Notes under the pieces: generated by a model
Database searches by the model: none
What the model saw: the letters and a program-made list of their open reading frames with translations, nothing else
What the model was told of the DNA's origin: nothing
Program-made: the position numbers and the translations under genes
Part shown: positions 26,697 through 37,701 of the stretch, one piece after another
Numbering within the stretch: position 1 is the first letter of the stretch
Layout: the number at the start of each line of letters is the position of its first letter
Source: an uncultured Collinsella sp.
GTDB lineage: Bacteria > Actinomycetota > Coriobacteriia > Coriobacteriales > Coriobacteriaceae
Reading direction: 5' to 3'
Assembly (NCBI GenBank): GCA_958427035.1
Contig: CAUAAR010000006.1
Location: 6,873-70,872 of the forward strand
Length of the DNA: 64,000 nucleotides

Positions 26697-28796
26697 ATGG
26701 CTAAGCCTAAGTACAAGCTTTCCGATACCCGTAACATCGGCATCATGGCCCACATCGATGCCGGTAAGACCACCACGACCGAGCGTATTCTTTACTACAC
26801 CGGTAAGACCCACAAGATCGGTGAGGTCCATGAGGGCGCTGCCACCATGGACTGGATGGTTCAGGAGCAGGAGCGCGGCGTAACCATTACCTCCGCTGCT
26901 ACCACGTGCTTCTGGAACAAGGACGGTAAGGACTACCGCATCCAGATCATCGACACCCCGGGCCACGTTGACTTCACCGCCGAGGTCGAGCGCTGCCTGC
27001 GCGTCCTCGATGGTGCTGTCGCCGTCTTCGACGCCGTTGCCGGCGTTCAGCCCCAGTCTGAGACCGTTTGGCGTCAGGCTTCTACCTTCAACGTCCCCCG
27101 CATCGCCTTCATCAACAAGTATGACCGCGTGGGCGCTGACTTCTTCAACGCTATCGAGACCATGAAGGATCGTCTCGACGCTAACGCCGTGGCCGCTCAG
27201 GTCCCGATGGGCGCCGAGGACAACTTCTGGGGCGTCATAGACCTGGTCACCATGACTGCATGGGACTTCAAGGCCGACGAGAAGGGTATGACCTACCCCG
27301 AGCCGATGGACGAGATCCCGGCTGAGTTCGCCGACATCGCTGCCACCAAGCGCGAGGAGCTCCTCGACGCTGCTGCCAGCTTTGACGACGAGCTCATGGA
27401 GAAGATCCTCATGGAGGAGGACTTCACCGTCGAGGAGCTCAAGGCTGCCCTGCGTAAGGGCGTTCTGGCCAACGAGCTCAACCTCGTCTTCGTGGGCTCC
27501 GCCTACAAGAACAAGGGCGTTCAGGAGCTGCTCGACGCTGTCGTCGACTACCTGCCCAGCCCGCTCGACGTTGAGGCCGTCACCGGTACCGATCCGGACA
27601 CCGGCGAGGAGATCCAGCGTCATCCTTCCTTCGACGAGCCCTTCTCCGGCCTGGTCTTCAAGATCATGACCGACCCGTTCGTCGGTAAGCTCACCTATGT
27701 CCGCGTTTACTCCGGCCGTGCCGAGTCCGGCTCCTACGTGGTCAACGCTTCCAACGGTCAGCGCGAGCGCCTCGGCCGCATCCTCGAGATGAACGCCGCC
27801 GAGCGTATCGACCGTGACGACGCTGCCGCCGGCGACATCGTCGCTTGCGTCGGCTTCAAGAACTCCACCACCGGCGACACCCTGTGCGCCGAGGGCAAGG
27901 AGATCGTCCTCGAGAAGATCGAGTTCGCTAAGCCCGTTATCGACGTTGCCATCGAGCCCAAGACCAAGGCCGAGCAGGACAAGATGTCCCTGGCTCTGAC
28001 CAAGCTCGCCGAGGAGGACCCGACCTTCCAGGTGTCCACCAACCACGAGACCGGCCAGACCATCATCGCCGGCATGGGCGAGCTGCACCTCGAGATCATC
28101 GTCGACCGTCTGCTCCGCGAGTTCAAGGTTGACGCTAACGTCGGTAAGCCCCAGGTTGCCTACCGCGAGACCGCTGGTCACGACGTCGAGAAGGCTGAGG
28201 GCAAGTTCGTCCGTCAGTCCGGCGGTCGCGGTCAGTACGGCCACGCCGTCATCAAGCTCGAGAAGATGGAGGAGGGCTTCGGCTACGAGTTCGTCAACGC
28301 TATCGTCGGCGGCGTCGTGCCCAAGGAGTACATCCCGTCCATCGACAAGGGCATCCAGGAGGCCCTGAACACCGGTGTTATCGCCGGCTTCCCGGTCCTC
28401 GACGTTAAGGTCACCCTGTTCGACGGTTCTTACCACGAGGTCGACTCCTCCGAGGCCGCCTTCAAGATCGCCGGTTCCATGGCTATCAAGGACGCCCTCA
28501 AGAAGTCCGACCCGCAGCTGCTCGAGCCGATCATGGCTGTCGAGGTCGAGACCCCCGAGCAGTACATGGGCGACGTTATGGGCAACCTCTCCGGTCGCCG
28601 CGGCAAGATCGAGGGCATGGAGGATCGCAAGAACAGCAAGCTCATCCGTGCCAAGGTGCCGCTGGGCGAGATGTTCGGTTACGCTACCGACCTTCGCTCC
28701 CAGACCCAGGGCCGTGCATCCTACACGATGCAGTTCGACTCTTATGAGCCCGCGCCCAAGTCCATCGTGGACGAGGTCATGAGCAAGAACGCCTAA
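26697..28796 (+). CDS. fusA: elongation factor G
   Basis: [23 protein letters not shown]. Confidence 0.99.
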   Translation: MAKPKYKLSDTRNIGIMAHIDAGKTTTTERILYYTGKTHKIGEVHEGAATMDWMVQEQERGVTITSAATTCFWNKDGKDYRIQIIDTPGHVDFTAEVERCLRVLDGAVAVFDAVAGVQPQSETVWRQASTFNVPRIAFINKYDRVGADFFNAIETMKDRLDANAVAAQVPMGAEDNFWGVIDLVTMTAWDFKADEKGMTYPEPMDEIPAEFADIAATKREELLDAAASFDDELMEKILMEEDFTVEELKAALRKGVLANELNLVFVGSAYKNKGVQELLDAVVDYLPSPLDVEAVTGTDPDTGEEIQRHPSFDEPFSGLVFKIMTDPFVGKLTYVRVYSGRAESGSYVVNASNGQRERLGRILEMNAAERIDRDDAAAGDIVACVGFKNSTTGDTLCAEGKEIVLEKIEFAKPVIDVAIEPKTKAEQDKMSLALTKLAEEDPTFQVSTNHETGQTIIAGMGELHLEIIVDRLLREFKVDANVGKPQVAYRETAGHDVEKAEGKFVRQSGGRGQYGHAVIKLEKMEEGFGYEFVNAIVGGVVPKEYIPSIDKGIQEALNTGVIAGFPVLDVKVTLFDGSYHEVDSSEAAFKIAGSMAIKDALKKSDPQLLEPIMAVEVETPEQYMGDVMGNLSGRRGKIEGMEDRKNSKLIRAKVPLGEMFGYATDLRSQTQGRASYTMQFDSYEPAPKSIVDEVMSKNA

Positions 28797-28856
28797 GTTC
28801 GAGCTCCCTGTTACGTAATCCGCGAGAACATCTCTCGCACTCTTTGGAGGTTTAAG

Positions 28857-29165
28857 TTGGCTACCCAGAAGATCCGCATTCGCCTCAAGGGCTATGATCA
28901 CGAGGTCGTCGATCAGTCCGCGAAGCTCATCGTCGAGACTGCTCAGAAGACCGGCGCTCGCGTTTCCGGTCCTGTCCCCCTGCCCACCGAGCGCAACCTG
29001 TACACGGTTATCCGCTCGCCGCATGTGAACAAGGACTCCCGTGAGCAGTTCGAGATGCGCACCCACAAGCGCCTCATCGACATCCTCGACCCCACCTCGG
29101 GCACCGTTGATTCGCTCATGCGTCTCGACCTCCCCGCCGGCGTCGACATCGACATCAAGCTCTAA
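28857..29165 (+). CDS. rpsJ: 30S ribosomal protein S10
   Basis: [26 protein letters not shown]. Confidence 0.99.
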   Translation: MATQKIRIRLKGYDHEVVDQSAKLIVETAQKTGARVSGPVPLPTERNLYTVIRSPHVNKDSREQFEMRTHKRLIDILDPTSGTVDSLMRLDLPAGVDIDIKL

Positions 29166-29184
29166 GCGATATCGCTCATAGCTT

Positions 29185-29222
29185 AAAGGGCCCCGCTGCC
29201 GTAACGGCAGCGGGGCCCTTTT
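29185..29222. terminator. bidirectional intrinsic terminator
   Basis: AAAGGGCCCCGCTGCCG..CGGCAGCGGGGCCCTTTT between convergent genes. Confidence 0.88.
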
Positions 29223-29281
29223 GTTTTGAGTTTAGATTTTGGGATAGCGAATTCGTCTGCCGAGCCGACGGCTGCGGCGCC

Positions 29282-30058
29282 CTATTCGCTCAGGGGGCGC
29301 AAGGATGCTTCTTCGAAGTGGAAGACGCACAAGCCGCTCTCGGTCTCAATGCATGCGCGGCCGCAATCGTCGACCGTTCTAAATATGCCTCGTGCCAGCT
29401 CGTCTCCAGCGGGGGAGCGGGCGATAACGTGCTTCCCGATCCAATTAAGGTGGGCGATATATTCGTCGTGGACGGGCGCGAGCGGACCGGCATCTTTTTC
29501 CTTGGCGTTGAGGCGCTCTGCCCAGGCATCTGCAGCGTCTATAACTGCGTGATAGACCTCATCGAGGAGCATGTCGACGGCAGGTACGCTCTCGTTGAGA
29601 TCCGAGAGACCGATTGCCGGCAGGCCGCCATCGGGCACCTCTTGGGGCGCATAGTTCACATTGACGCCAATGCCGCAGACGGCGAAAGGTTTGCCTTCGT
29701 TATCGCGTGCGGCCTCGACCAGAATGCCGCCGAGCTTGCGTCCTCGCGCGACAAGGTCGTTGGGCCATTTAAGGCGAATCTCGTTTGCAAGACCCTGCTT
29801 TTCGAGTGCTTCGAGCACCGCTAGGCCGCTGACGGCGGCAAGACCAGAGAACTTTGCAGGATTAACGCATGGGCGCAGGACAAGCGAAAGCAATAAGTTG
29901 CCGACGGTTGAGTCCCACTTGTGCCCGCGCCGGCCGCGCCCTGCTGTTTGAGCCCGGGCGGCAAGTCCTGTGCCGTGCGGCGCTCCCTGTTTTCCTGCTT
30001 CGAGCAGGTCATCGTTGGTCGATCCGGTTACGTCGACTATCGTTAAACGAGAATCCAT
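29282..30058 (-). CDS. birA: biotin--protein ligase without N-terminal HTH
   Basis: QTAGRGRRG, LKWPND, KLGGILVE. Confidence 0.93.
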   Translation of the reverse strand: MDSRLTIVDVTGSTNDDLLEAGKQGAPHGTGLAARAQTAGRGRRGHKWDSTVGNLLLSLVLRPCVNPAKFSGLAAVSGLAVLEALEKQGLANEIRLKWPNDLVARGRKLGGILVEAARDNEGKPFAVCGIGVNVNYAPQEVPDGGLPAIGLSDLNESVPAVDMLLDEVYHAVIDAADAWAERLNAKEKDAGPLAPVHDEYIAHLNWIGKHVIARSPAGDELARGIFRTVDDCGRACIETESGLCVFHFEEASLRPLSE

Positions 30059-30151
30059 AACAGCTGCTACCTCCTAAGTAAATAAGGCAATCGCGCAATG
30101 GTGTCGAGAGATAGACACAATGTGAAGCCTTTGTCGCATTTGGACAATTTA

Positions 30152-30217
30152 ATGTTAACACGTCAACAAAGACTGAAATGCGTTATCCTCTCTTGGTCGA
30201 TGTAAACACGTCAACAA
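30152..30217. promoter_or_regulatory. duplicated operator-like site ATGT(T/A)AACACGTCAACAA
   Basis: 17/18-identical copies at 30152 and 30200 in the birA/fabH divergent region. Confidence 0.65.
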
Positions 30218-30234
30218 CTCAAAGGAGGTTAGTG

Positions 30235-31194
30235 ATGGGTTTCACGATTCTTGGAACAGGCTCGGCGCTTCCTGAGCGCAGCGTTTCCAATGACGAGCTG
30301 TCTGAGTTCCTCGATACCTCGGATGAGTGGATTTTTACTCGCACAGGTATAAAGAGCCGCCACGTCTGCACCACCGAGTCACTTGACGACCTTGCCGTGG
30401 CGGCGAGCGAGCGGGCACTCCAGGTGTCCGGAATCGACGCGAGCCAGCTGGATCTGATCGTCTGCTCGACGACGACGGGTGACCACCTTGTTCCTGCCGA
30501 GGCGTGTGCCGTTGCTGAGCGACTTGGCGCGACGTGCCCTGCCTTCGATGTCTCGGCGGCTTGTGCCGGCTTCGTATTTGCGCTCGATGTCGCCGAGGGC
30601 TATATCGCCCGCAGCCGTGCCGAGCGCGTGCTTGTTGTTGCTGCCGAGCAGATGACGCGCGCGCTCGACTGGACCGACCGTGCCACCTGCGTGCTTTTTG
30701 GCGATGGGGCAGGCGCCGCAGTGATTGAAGCTGGGGGAGACAACCCCCTTGCCGTTGAGCTTTCGACGGCGCCCGACGTCGAGACGTTGCGCGTTCCCGG
30801 TCTGGTCGGTACCTCGCCGTTTAGGGCTTCCGCAGATAGCGCGAGCGTGCTGTCCATGAACGGCCGCCGCGTGTTCAAGTTCGGCGTCAACGCCATCTGC
30901 GACACGGTCCATAAGCTTGCGATCGATGCGGGCATTTTGGTCGAAGACATCGATCATTTTGTATTCCATCAGGCTAACGAACGAATCCTGAGCCAGGCGG
31001 TCAAGCGCCTGGGCGTGCCGGACGAGCGCGTGGTTCGCACGTTGCGCGAGACCGGCAACATTTCGAGCGCATGCATTCCGCTTGCCCTCGACCGGCTGGC
31101 AAACGCCGGTGCACTTCACACAGGCGACACCATCGCCTTGGTTGGATTTGGCGCCGGTCTGGATATAGGTGGCTATCTGCTTCGTTGGAAGTAG
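30235..31194 (+). CDS. fabH: beta-ketoacyl-ACP synthase III
   Basis: AACAGF, HQAN, GNISSA catalytic triad. Confidence 0.95.
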   Translation: MGFTILGTGSALPERSVSNDELSEFLDTSDEWIFTRTGIKSRHVCTTESLDDLAVAASERALQVSGIDASQLDLIVCSTTTGDHLVPAEACAVAERLGATCPAFDVSAACAGFVFALDVAEGYIARSRAERVLVVAAEQMTRALDWTDRATCVLFGDGAGAAVIEAGGDNPLAVELSTAPDVETLRVPGLVGTSPFRASADSASVLSMNGRRVFKFGVNAICDTVHKLAIDAGILVEDIDHFVFHQANERILSQAVKRLGVPDERVVRTLRETGNISSACIPLALDRLANAGALHTGDTIALVGFGAGLDIGGYLLRWK

Positions 31195-31246
31195 TCGCAC
31201 ATAGGAAATAAAAACGCCCCTAGGGCACAAACAAAGGAGAACTACC

Positions 31247-31483
31247 ATGGCAGATCAGAAGACCTTCGAGCGCGTTTGCGACGTTATCCGCGAGACCGCC
31301 GGTCTTGACGATGTCGAGATGAAGCCCGAGTCCACGCTCGAGGAGATTGGCCTCGACAGCCTGGGTACCGTCGAGATCCTCGTTGCCGTCGAGGACGAGT
31401 TTGGCATTGAGCTCGATACCGAGGAGAACCCCAAGACGGTCGGCGAGTTCGTCGAAACGGTCGAGGCGGCATTGGAGAAGTAG
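31247..31483 (+). CDS. acpP: acyl carrier protein
   Basis: GLDSL motif; small and acidic. Confidence 0.95.
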   Translation: MADQKTFERVCDVIRETAGLDDVEMKPESTLEEIGLDSLGTVEILVAVEDEFGIELDTEENPKTVGEFVETVEAALEK

Positions 31484-31485
31484 TG

Positions 31486-32430
31486 ATGCTCAAGTCTCCT
31501 CTCTGCGATCTGCTCGGCATCGAAAAGCCCGTGTTCCAGGGTGGCATGGCCTGGATTGCCGACGCCTCGTTGGCATCTGCCGTGTCCGAGGCAGGCGGCT
31601 TAGGCATTATCGCGGCCATGAATGCCGACGCAAACTGGCTGCGCGATCAGATTCACGAGCTGCGCGCCAAGACGGATAAGCCCTTTGGCGTCAACGTTAT
31701 GCTCATGAGCCCGTTTGTCGACGAGGTCGCACAAGTGGTGATTGATGAGCGGGTGCCCGTTGTGGTGACCGGCGCCGGCAATCCCACCAAGTACATGAAG
31801 GCCTGGAGCGATGCGGGCATCAAGGTTATTCCCGTCGTGGCTTCGGTGGCGCTGGCGCGTCTCGTGGCGCGTCGCGGAGCCACTGCCGTGGTTGCCGAGG
31901 GCACCGAATCAGGCGGCCATATTGGCGAGACCTCGACGATGGCACTTGTCCCGCAGGTTGTCGATGCGGTCGATATTCCCGTGGTTGCGGCTGGCGGCAT
32001 CGCCGATGGCCGCGGCGTGGCGGCCGCTTTTATGCTCGGCGCTGCCGGCGTCCAGGTGGGAACACGCTTTCTGGTCGCAAACGAGTGCACCGTATCCGAA
32101 CAGTACAAAGAGCTGGTGCTCAAGGCGGGCGACACGTCGACGCGTGCGACCGGTCGCTCGACGGGACATCCGGTTCGCGCCCTCAAGAGCCCCTTCACCA
32201 ACGCGTATGCCAAGAACGAGGCGGCGGGCGCAAGCCCCGAGGAGCTCGGGGCCATGGGCACGGGCGCGCTTCGTAAAGCCGCAAAGGACGGTAATTACGA
32301 AGAGGGTTCGTATTTGTGCGGACAGATTGCCGGCATGGTCAACGAACGCCAGAGCGCACGCGAAATCGTCGACGATCTGGTCGATGGCGCTGAGCATGTC
32401 CTGAAGGGTGCGTCCGCATGGGTAGCGTAG
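31486..32430 (+). CDS. fabK: enoyl-ACP reductase II
   Basis: QGGMAW, EGTESGGHIG, AAGGIADG; position in the fab cluster. Confidence 0.92.
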   Translation: MLKSPLCDLLGIEKPVFQGGMAWIADASLASAVSEAGGLGIIAAMNADANWLRDQIHELRAKTDKPFGVNVMLMSPFVDEVAQVVIDERVPVVVTGAGNPTKYMKAWSDAGIKVIPVVASVALARLVARRGATAVVAEGTESGGHIGETSTMALVPQVVDAVDIPVVAAGGIADGRGVAAAFMLGAAGVQVGTRFLVANECTVSEQYKELVLKAGDTSTRATGRSTGHPVRALKSPFTNAYAKNEAAGASPEELGAMGTGALRKAAKDGNYEEGSYLCGQIAGMVNERQSAREIVDDLVDGAEHVLKGASAWVA

Positions 32431-33344
32431 CGTTTCTGTTTGCCGGTCAGGGTGCCCAGCATCCCGCGATGGGCGTCGATCTCATCGAGGCATCACCGGC
32501 GGCTGCCGAGGTGTTTGCGATCGCCGACGAGGTGCGTCCGGGAACCAGTGAGCAGTGCCGGAGCGCCTCCAAGGAGGAGCTCTCGCAGACTGAGAACACG
32601 CAGCCTTGCGTGTTCGTGCACGACTTGACTGTCGCCGTCGCCCTGCGTGAGCGCGGCGTGGTGCCTGCCGCCTGTGCGGGATTCTCGCTGGGCGAGGTCG
32701 CCGCGCTCACCTTTGCGGGGGCGTTCGATACGCGAGCGGGATTTGAGCTTGTGTGCGAGCGCGCGGCGCTTATGGCCACGGCGGCTGAGCGTCATCCCGG
32801 CGGAATGCGCGCCGTCATCAAACTCGATGCGGCGCAGGTCGAGGGCTTGGCAAAACAGACCGGCGAGGACTGCTGGCCGGTCAACTACAACAGCCCCCAG
32901 CAGACGGTTGTGGCCGGAGCGCCCGATGCGTTGCAGACCCTCGACGTCCTGGTAAAAGAGGCTGGTGGCCGGGCCATGAAGGTCGCGGTGTCGGGTGCAT
33001 TCCATAGCCCCTATATGGCCGAGGCGACCTGTGGCCTTGCTGCATATATTGAGGCCGGTCACGCGCCGTCCCCGTTGCTCATTCCTGTTATGGCAAATAT
33101 GACGGCGGCGCCTTATCCGGCCGACCCGCAGGCGGCATCGGAGGTGCTGGCCAACCAGGTGAGTCATGCCGTGCACTGGGTCGACACGCTGCATGCTCTG
33201 CAGGATCAAGGCATCGACACGTTTATTGAGGTCGGCCCCGGCAAAACGCTGTCCGGCCTGGTCAAGCGTACGTTGAGCGACGTTCGTGTGTATTCGTGCG
33301 AAACGGCCGAGCAGGTCGCAGCTATTGCCGACGAGCTCGCATAG
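32418..33344 (+). CDS. fabD: malonyl-CoA:ACP transacylase
   Basis: FAGQGAQ, GFSLGE, GAFHS. Confidence 0.94.
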   Translation: MGSVAFLFAGQGAQHPAMGVDLIEASPAAAEVFAIADEVRPGTSEQCRSASKEELSQTENTQPCVFVHDLTVAVALRERGVVPAACAGFSLGEVAALTFAGAFDTRAGFELVCERAALMATAAERHPGGMRAVIKLDAAQVEGLAKQTGEDCWPVNYNSPQQTVVAGAPDALQTLDVLVKEAGGRAMKVAVSGAFHSPYMAEATCGLAAYIEAGHAPSPLLIPVMANMTAAPYPADPQAASEVLANQVSHAVHWVDTLHALQDQGIDTFIEVGPGKTLSGLVKRTLSDVRVYSCETAEQVAAIADELA

Positions 33345-33374
33345 TTCACAGGGCTGTAACCCGAAAGGAATGAC

Positions 33375-34148
33375 ATGGGCAACTTGAACAACGGCGCGCT
33401 CGAGCGCAACGACTCACGTCGCGTGGCGCTTGTCACGGGCGGCTCGCGCGGCATCGGTCGCGCTTGTGCCGTGAGCCTGGCGGAGGACGGCTTTGATATC
33501 GCCGTCGTCTATGCCGGTAGCGCAGATGCAGCGCGCGAGACGTGCGAAGCCTGCGAGGCGGCTGGCGCCACGGCGCGCGCATATCAATGCGACGTGGCCG
33601 ATCCCGCTGCCGTCAACGCGTGCGTGGAAACGGTCCTCAACGACTTTGGCTCCATTTGGGCGCTCGTCAACAACGCCGGCATCACCCGCGATGGCCTGCT
33701 CATGCGCATGGGCGATGACGCCTTCGACCGCGTGCTCGATGTCAATCTCAAGGGCACGTTCAATACGACGCGCGCGCTCACCAAGACCTTTATGCGCCAG
33801 CGCGGCGGTTGCGTCATCAACATGAGCTCGGTTGTGGGCCTGATGGGCAATGCCGGGCAGGCCAACTACGCCGCCTCCAAGGCGGGCGTCATCGGTCTGA
33901 CCAAGGCGGTGGCGCGCGAGCTTGCGCCACGCGGCGTACGAGTGAACGCGGTCGCCCCCGGGTTTGTCGAGACCGATATGACGGCAAAGCTATCGGATAA
34001 GGTTCGCGCGGCAACCGAGGAGCAGATTCCCCTAAAGCGCATGGCGCACCCCGAGGAAGTGGCCGGCGTGGTGCGCTTTTTGGCGAGTGATGCGGCTGCC
34101 TACATTACGGGCGAGGTCGTGCGCGTCGACGGCGGAATGGCGATGTAG
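33375..34148 (+). CDS. fabG: 3-oxoacyl-ACP reductase
   Basis: TGGSRGIG, NNAGITRD, YAASK. Confidence 0.96.
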   Translation: MGNLNNGALERNDSRRVALVTGGSRGIGRACAVSLAEDGFDIAVVYAGSADAARETCEACEAAGATARAYQCDVADPAAVNACVETVLNDFGSIWALVNNAGITRDGLLMRMGDDAFDRVLDVNLKGTFNTTRALTKTFMRQRGGCVINMSSVVGLMGNAGQANYAASKAGVIGLTKAVARELAPRGVRVNAVAPGFVETDMTAKLSDKVRAATEEQIPLKRMAHPEEVAGVVRFLASDAAAYITGEVVRVDGGMAM

Positions 34149-34184
34149 AAACCAGGGCCGAACAACGGCTTGAATGAGGAGACC

Positions 34185-35435
34185 ATGATGGAACAGAGAG
34201 TTGCAATCACCGGTATCGGTGCCGTATCGCCGCTCGGTAACACGGCGCTTGCTACCTGGGCGGCCATGTGCGCCGGCACGTGCGGCATCGGCCCGATCAC
34301 GCACTTCGATACCGATGCGTTTGCCGTTAAGGTGGCGGCCGAGGTCAAGGGTTTTGACGGCAACGAGTACTTTGGCAAGCGTGACGCCAAGCACCTGGAC
34401 CCCTGCGTTCAGTTTGCCCTGGCAGCGTCGGACGAGGCCATGCACGATGCGGGCTTTGATGTCGAGGGCGCCATCGATCACGAGCGCCTGGGCGTCTACG
34501 TGGGTTCAGGCGTGGGCGGCATGCAGACACTCGTCGACAACGTCCACACGATTGCCGATCGGGGGCCTCGCCGTGCATCGCCCTATATGATCGCGATGAT
34601 GATCCCCAATATGGCTTCGGGCAATATCGCAATCCGCCACAAGGCAAAGGGCCCGACCCTGCCCGTGGTGACCGCCTGCGCGACCTCGGCACATGCCGTG
34701 GGCGAGGCGTTCCGCGCCATCAAGCATGGTTATGCCGATGCGATTCTCGCCGGCGGCGCCGAGGCCGCAATCATCCCCGATGCCGTTGCGGGCTTTACAT
34801 CCTGCCGTGCTCTCACCACTAATCCTGACCCGTCGACGGCTTGCCGCCCGTTCGATGCAGACCGCGACGGCTTTGTGATGGGCGAGGGCGCCTGCGTGCT
34901 GGCACTCGAGAGCATGGAGCATGCGCAGGCGCGCGGTGCGCACATTTATGCCGAGGTCGTGGGTTACGGCAACACCGATGATGCCTACCACATCACGAGT
35001 CCCGACCCGGACGCGGCAGGCATCGCCCGTGCGATATCGCTGGCGGTGGCCGAGGGCGACGTTAAGCCTTCCGAGGGCCTCTACATCAACGCTCACGGCA
35101 CCTCGACCAAGCTCAACGATTCGTCCGAGACGGCGGGCATTAAGCGTGCGCTTGGCGAGGATGCGGCGCGCGCCGCGCACGTCTCGTCGACCAAGTCGAT
35201 GACCGGCCACATGATCGGTGCCACGGGCGCCATCGAGGTCATGGCCTGCGCCATGGCGCTCGAGCAGGGCGTGGTGCCCCCGACCATTAACTACCACACA
35301 CCCGATCCCGCCTGCGATCTTGATTACACGCCTAATCGCGCGGTTCGCGCCGATCTTACCTGGGCGCTTTCGACCAACCTGGGCTTTGGCGGGCACAACG
35401 CCGCCATCGCGCTGCGTAGATATACGAGGAGCTAG
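34185..35435 (+). CDS. fabF: beta-ketoacyl-ACP synthase II
   Basis: TACAT, HGTST, KSMTGH, GFGGHN. Confidence 0.96.
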   Translation: MMEQRVAITGIGAVSPLGNTALATWAAMCAGTCGIGPITHFDTDAFAVKVAAEVKGFDGNEYFGKRDAKHLDPCVQFALAASDEAMHDAGFDVEGAIDHERLGVYVGSGVGGMQTLVDNVHTIADRGPRRASPYMIAMMIPNMASGNIAIRHKAKGPTLPVVTACATSAHAVGEAFRAIKHGYADAILAGGAEAAIIPDAVAGFTSCRALTTNPDPSTACRPFDADRDGFVMGEGACVLALESMEHAQARGAHIYAEVVGYGNTDDAYHITSPDPDAAGIARAISLAVAEGDVKPSEGLYINAHGTSTKLNDSSETAGIKRALGEDAARAAHVSSTKSMTGHMIGATGAIEVMACAMALEQGVVPPTINYHTPDPACDLDYTPNRAVRADLTWALSTNLGFGGHNAAIALRRYTRS

Positions 35436-35438
35436 AGC

Positions 35439-35915
35439 ATGGATTCCAAAAGAATTGCCGAGATAGCCGATGTTATGGAGGACCGCGGCCTCACGCGCGT
35501 ACGCGTTGAGGAGCCCGATGGCACCGCGGTCGAACTCGAGCGCGCGAGCGCCACGCAGCCGGTCGCCGTGCCCATGCCTATGCCGGGTGCCGTGACTGCT
35601 CCGGCGGTGGCTCCTGTCGCCATGCCTGCCACCGCACCGGAACCCGCCGCGCAGACACCTACCGCCGTGTCGGAGCCTAAGGGCACCGAGGTGACCGCTC
35701 CCATGGTCGGCGTTTTCTATGCTGCCCCGGCGCCGGGCGACGAACCGTTTGTGCACGTGGGCTCCAAGGTCAAGGCCGGCGAGACCCTCTGCATCATCGA
35801 GGCCATGAAGGTTCTCAACGAGGTGACGGCCGAGGCAGACGGCGAGGTGCTCGAGATCTGCGTGGTCGACGGCGACCTCGTGGAGTTTGGCAGCTGCCTC
35901 ATGAGGATCGGATAG
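35439..35915 (+). CDS. accB: biotin carboxyl carrier protein
   Basis: EAMK biotinylation motif; Pro/Ala-rich linker. Confidence 0.95.
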   Translation: MDSKRIAEIADVMEDRGLTRVRVEEPDGTAVELERASATQPVAVPMPMPGAVTAPAVAPVAMPATAPEPAAQTPTAVSEPKGTEVTAPMVGVFYAAPAPGDEPFVHVGSKVKAGETLCIIEAMKVLNEVTAEADGEVLEICVVDGDLVEFGSCLMRIG

Positions 35916-35924
35916 GTGATGTCC

Positions 35925-36347
35925 ATGAACAAAGAAGAGCTCAAGAAGCTGTTGCCGCATCGTGAGCCGATGCTTTTGCTTGACGAAGCCGAGCTGGTGG
36001 GCGACGAGGCCCACGGCAAGATCACGATTACGGGCGACGAGTACTTTTTGCAGGGGCATTTTCCGGGAAACCCGGTGGTCCCCGGCGTGATTCAGTGCGA
36101 GATGCTCGCCCAGAACTGCTGCGTGCTGCTGATGGGCGATGAGGAGGCGCGCGGCGCGACGCCGTTCTACACGAGTCTGGACAAGGTGCGCTTTAAGCGT
36201 CCGGTGCGCCCGGGCGACACGGTGGATCTGGTGTGCTCCATCACGCGTGCGCGCGGGCCGTTCCGCTTTGCGACAGGTACTGCGAGCGTTAACGGTGAGG
36301 TTTGCTGCCGCGCCGATATGTCTTTTGCACTCATGCACGAAAAGTAG
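35925..36347 (+). CDS. fabZ: 3-hydroxyacyl-ACP dehydratase
   Basis: LPHREP, GHFPGNPVVPGV..E. Confidence 0.93.
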   Translation: MNKEELKKLLPHREPMLLLDEAELVGDEAHGKITITGDEYFLQGHFPGNPVVPGVIQCEMLAQNCCVLLMGDEEARGATPFYTSLDKVRFKRPVRPGDTVDLVCSITRARGPFRFATGTASVNGEVCCRADMSFALMHEK

Positions 36348-36357
36348 GGAAGTTTTC

Positions 36358-37701
36358 ATGTTCGACAAAGTGCTCATCGCCAACCGCGGCGAAGTCGCGG
36401 TCCGTGTTATCCGCGCGTGCCGCGATATGGGCATCAAGACCGTCGCCGTTTATTCCACGGCCGATGCGGACGCGTTGCACGTGCAGCTTGCCGACGAGGC
36501 GTATTGCATCGGCGGCCCGCGTCTTGCCGAGAGCTACCTCAACGACGATGCCGTGCTCACCTGTGCCGTAAAGTCGGGAGCTAAGGCAATTCATCCCGGC
36601 TATGGCTTTTTCTCCGAGAAGGCGAGCTTCGTGCGAGACTGCGACAAGTATGGCCTGGCGTTTGTCGGTCCTTCGGCCGAGGTGATCGACAGCATGGGCG
36701 ACAAGGACGCCGCACGTCGAACGGCTGCCGCGGCGGGCGTGCCCATCGTTCCGGGCTGCGATTTGCTCAAAAGCCCCGAGGAGGCAACGGCCGAGGCCGA
36801 ACGCATTGGCTGCCCCGTGCTTATTAAGGCGCGTGCCGGTGGTGGCGGTCGCGGCATTCGCAAGGTCGAGCGCGTGGAAGATGCGGCAAAGGCGTTTATC
36901 GAGGCGCGTGCCGAGGGCGAGGCCGTTTTTGGCGACGGCGAGTGCTACATGGAGAAGTTTGTCGCGCCGGCGCACCACGTCGAGGTGCAGATTATGGCCG
37001 ATAAGCAGGGCCATGTGTTTTCGCTTGGCGAGCGTGAGTGCTCGGTGCAGCGCCGCAACCAAAAGCTGATCGAGGAGAGCCCCGCGCCGTGCCTCGACGG
37101 ACACGACGACATTCGTGCTCGCATGCACAAGGCAGCGCGTGACCTGGCTCGTGCCGTCGGCTACGAAGGAGCCGGTACCATCGAGTTCCTGTATTCGGAC
37201 GACGGCAATTTCTACTTTATGGAAATGAACACGCGCTTGCAGGTGGAGCATCCGGTTACGGAGTTTGTGACCGATACCGACTTGGTCAAGTGGCAGCTGC
37301 GCGTGGCAGCCGGCCAGCCTCTGCCCTTTGAGCAGGAGGACATGCCGGTCCGCAACCACGCCATGGAGTGCCGCATCAATGCCGAAACGCCGGACTTTCT
37401 GCCGTCATGCGGAACGGTCACCGCGTTGCGTGTGCCGGGTGGTCCGCGCGTGCGCTGGGATTCCGCCATGTTTACCGGTGCGAAAGTTCCGCCGTACTAC
37501 GACTCCATGCTTGGCAAGCTCATCGTGTGTGCGCCCACGCGTGACGGCGCCATTCGCAAGATGCGCTCGGCCCTGGGCGAGCTCGTGATTGAGGGCGTGA
37601 GCGAAAACAGCGAACTGCAGCTCGACGTGCTGGCAAACGATGAGTTCTTGTCGGGCATGTACCACACCGATCTGATGGGGCATCTCTATGCTGATGAATA
37701 G
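36358..37701 (+). CDS. accC: biotin carboxylase
   Basis: ANRGE, HPGYGF, EMNTRLQVEH. Confidence 0.96.
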   Translation: MFDKVLIANRGEVAVRVIRACRDMGIKTVAVYSTADADALHVQLADEAYCIGGPRLAESYLNDDAVLTCAVKSGAKAIHPGYGFFSEKASFVRDCDKYGLAFVGPSAEVIDSMGDKDAARRTAAAAGVPIVPGCDLLKSPEEATAEAERIGCPVLIKARAGGGGRGIRKVERVEDAAKAFIEARAEGEAVFGDGECYMEKFVAPAHHVEVQIMADKQGHVFSLGERECSVQRRNQKLIEESPAPCLDGHDDIRARMHKAARDLARAVGYEGAGTIEFLYSDDGNFYFMEMNTRLQVEHPVTEFVTDTDLVKWQLRVAAGQPLPFEQEDMPVRNHAMECRINAETPDFLPSCGTVTALRVPGGPRVRWDSAMFTGAKVPPYYDSMLGKLIVCAPTRDGAIRKMRSALGELVIEGVSENSELQLDVLANDEFLSGMYHTDLMGHLYADE

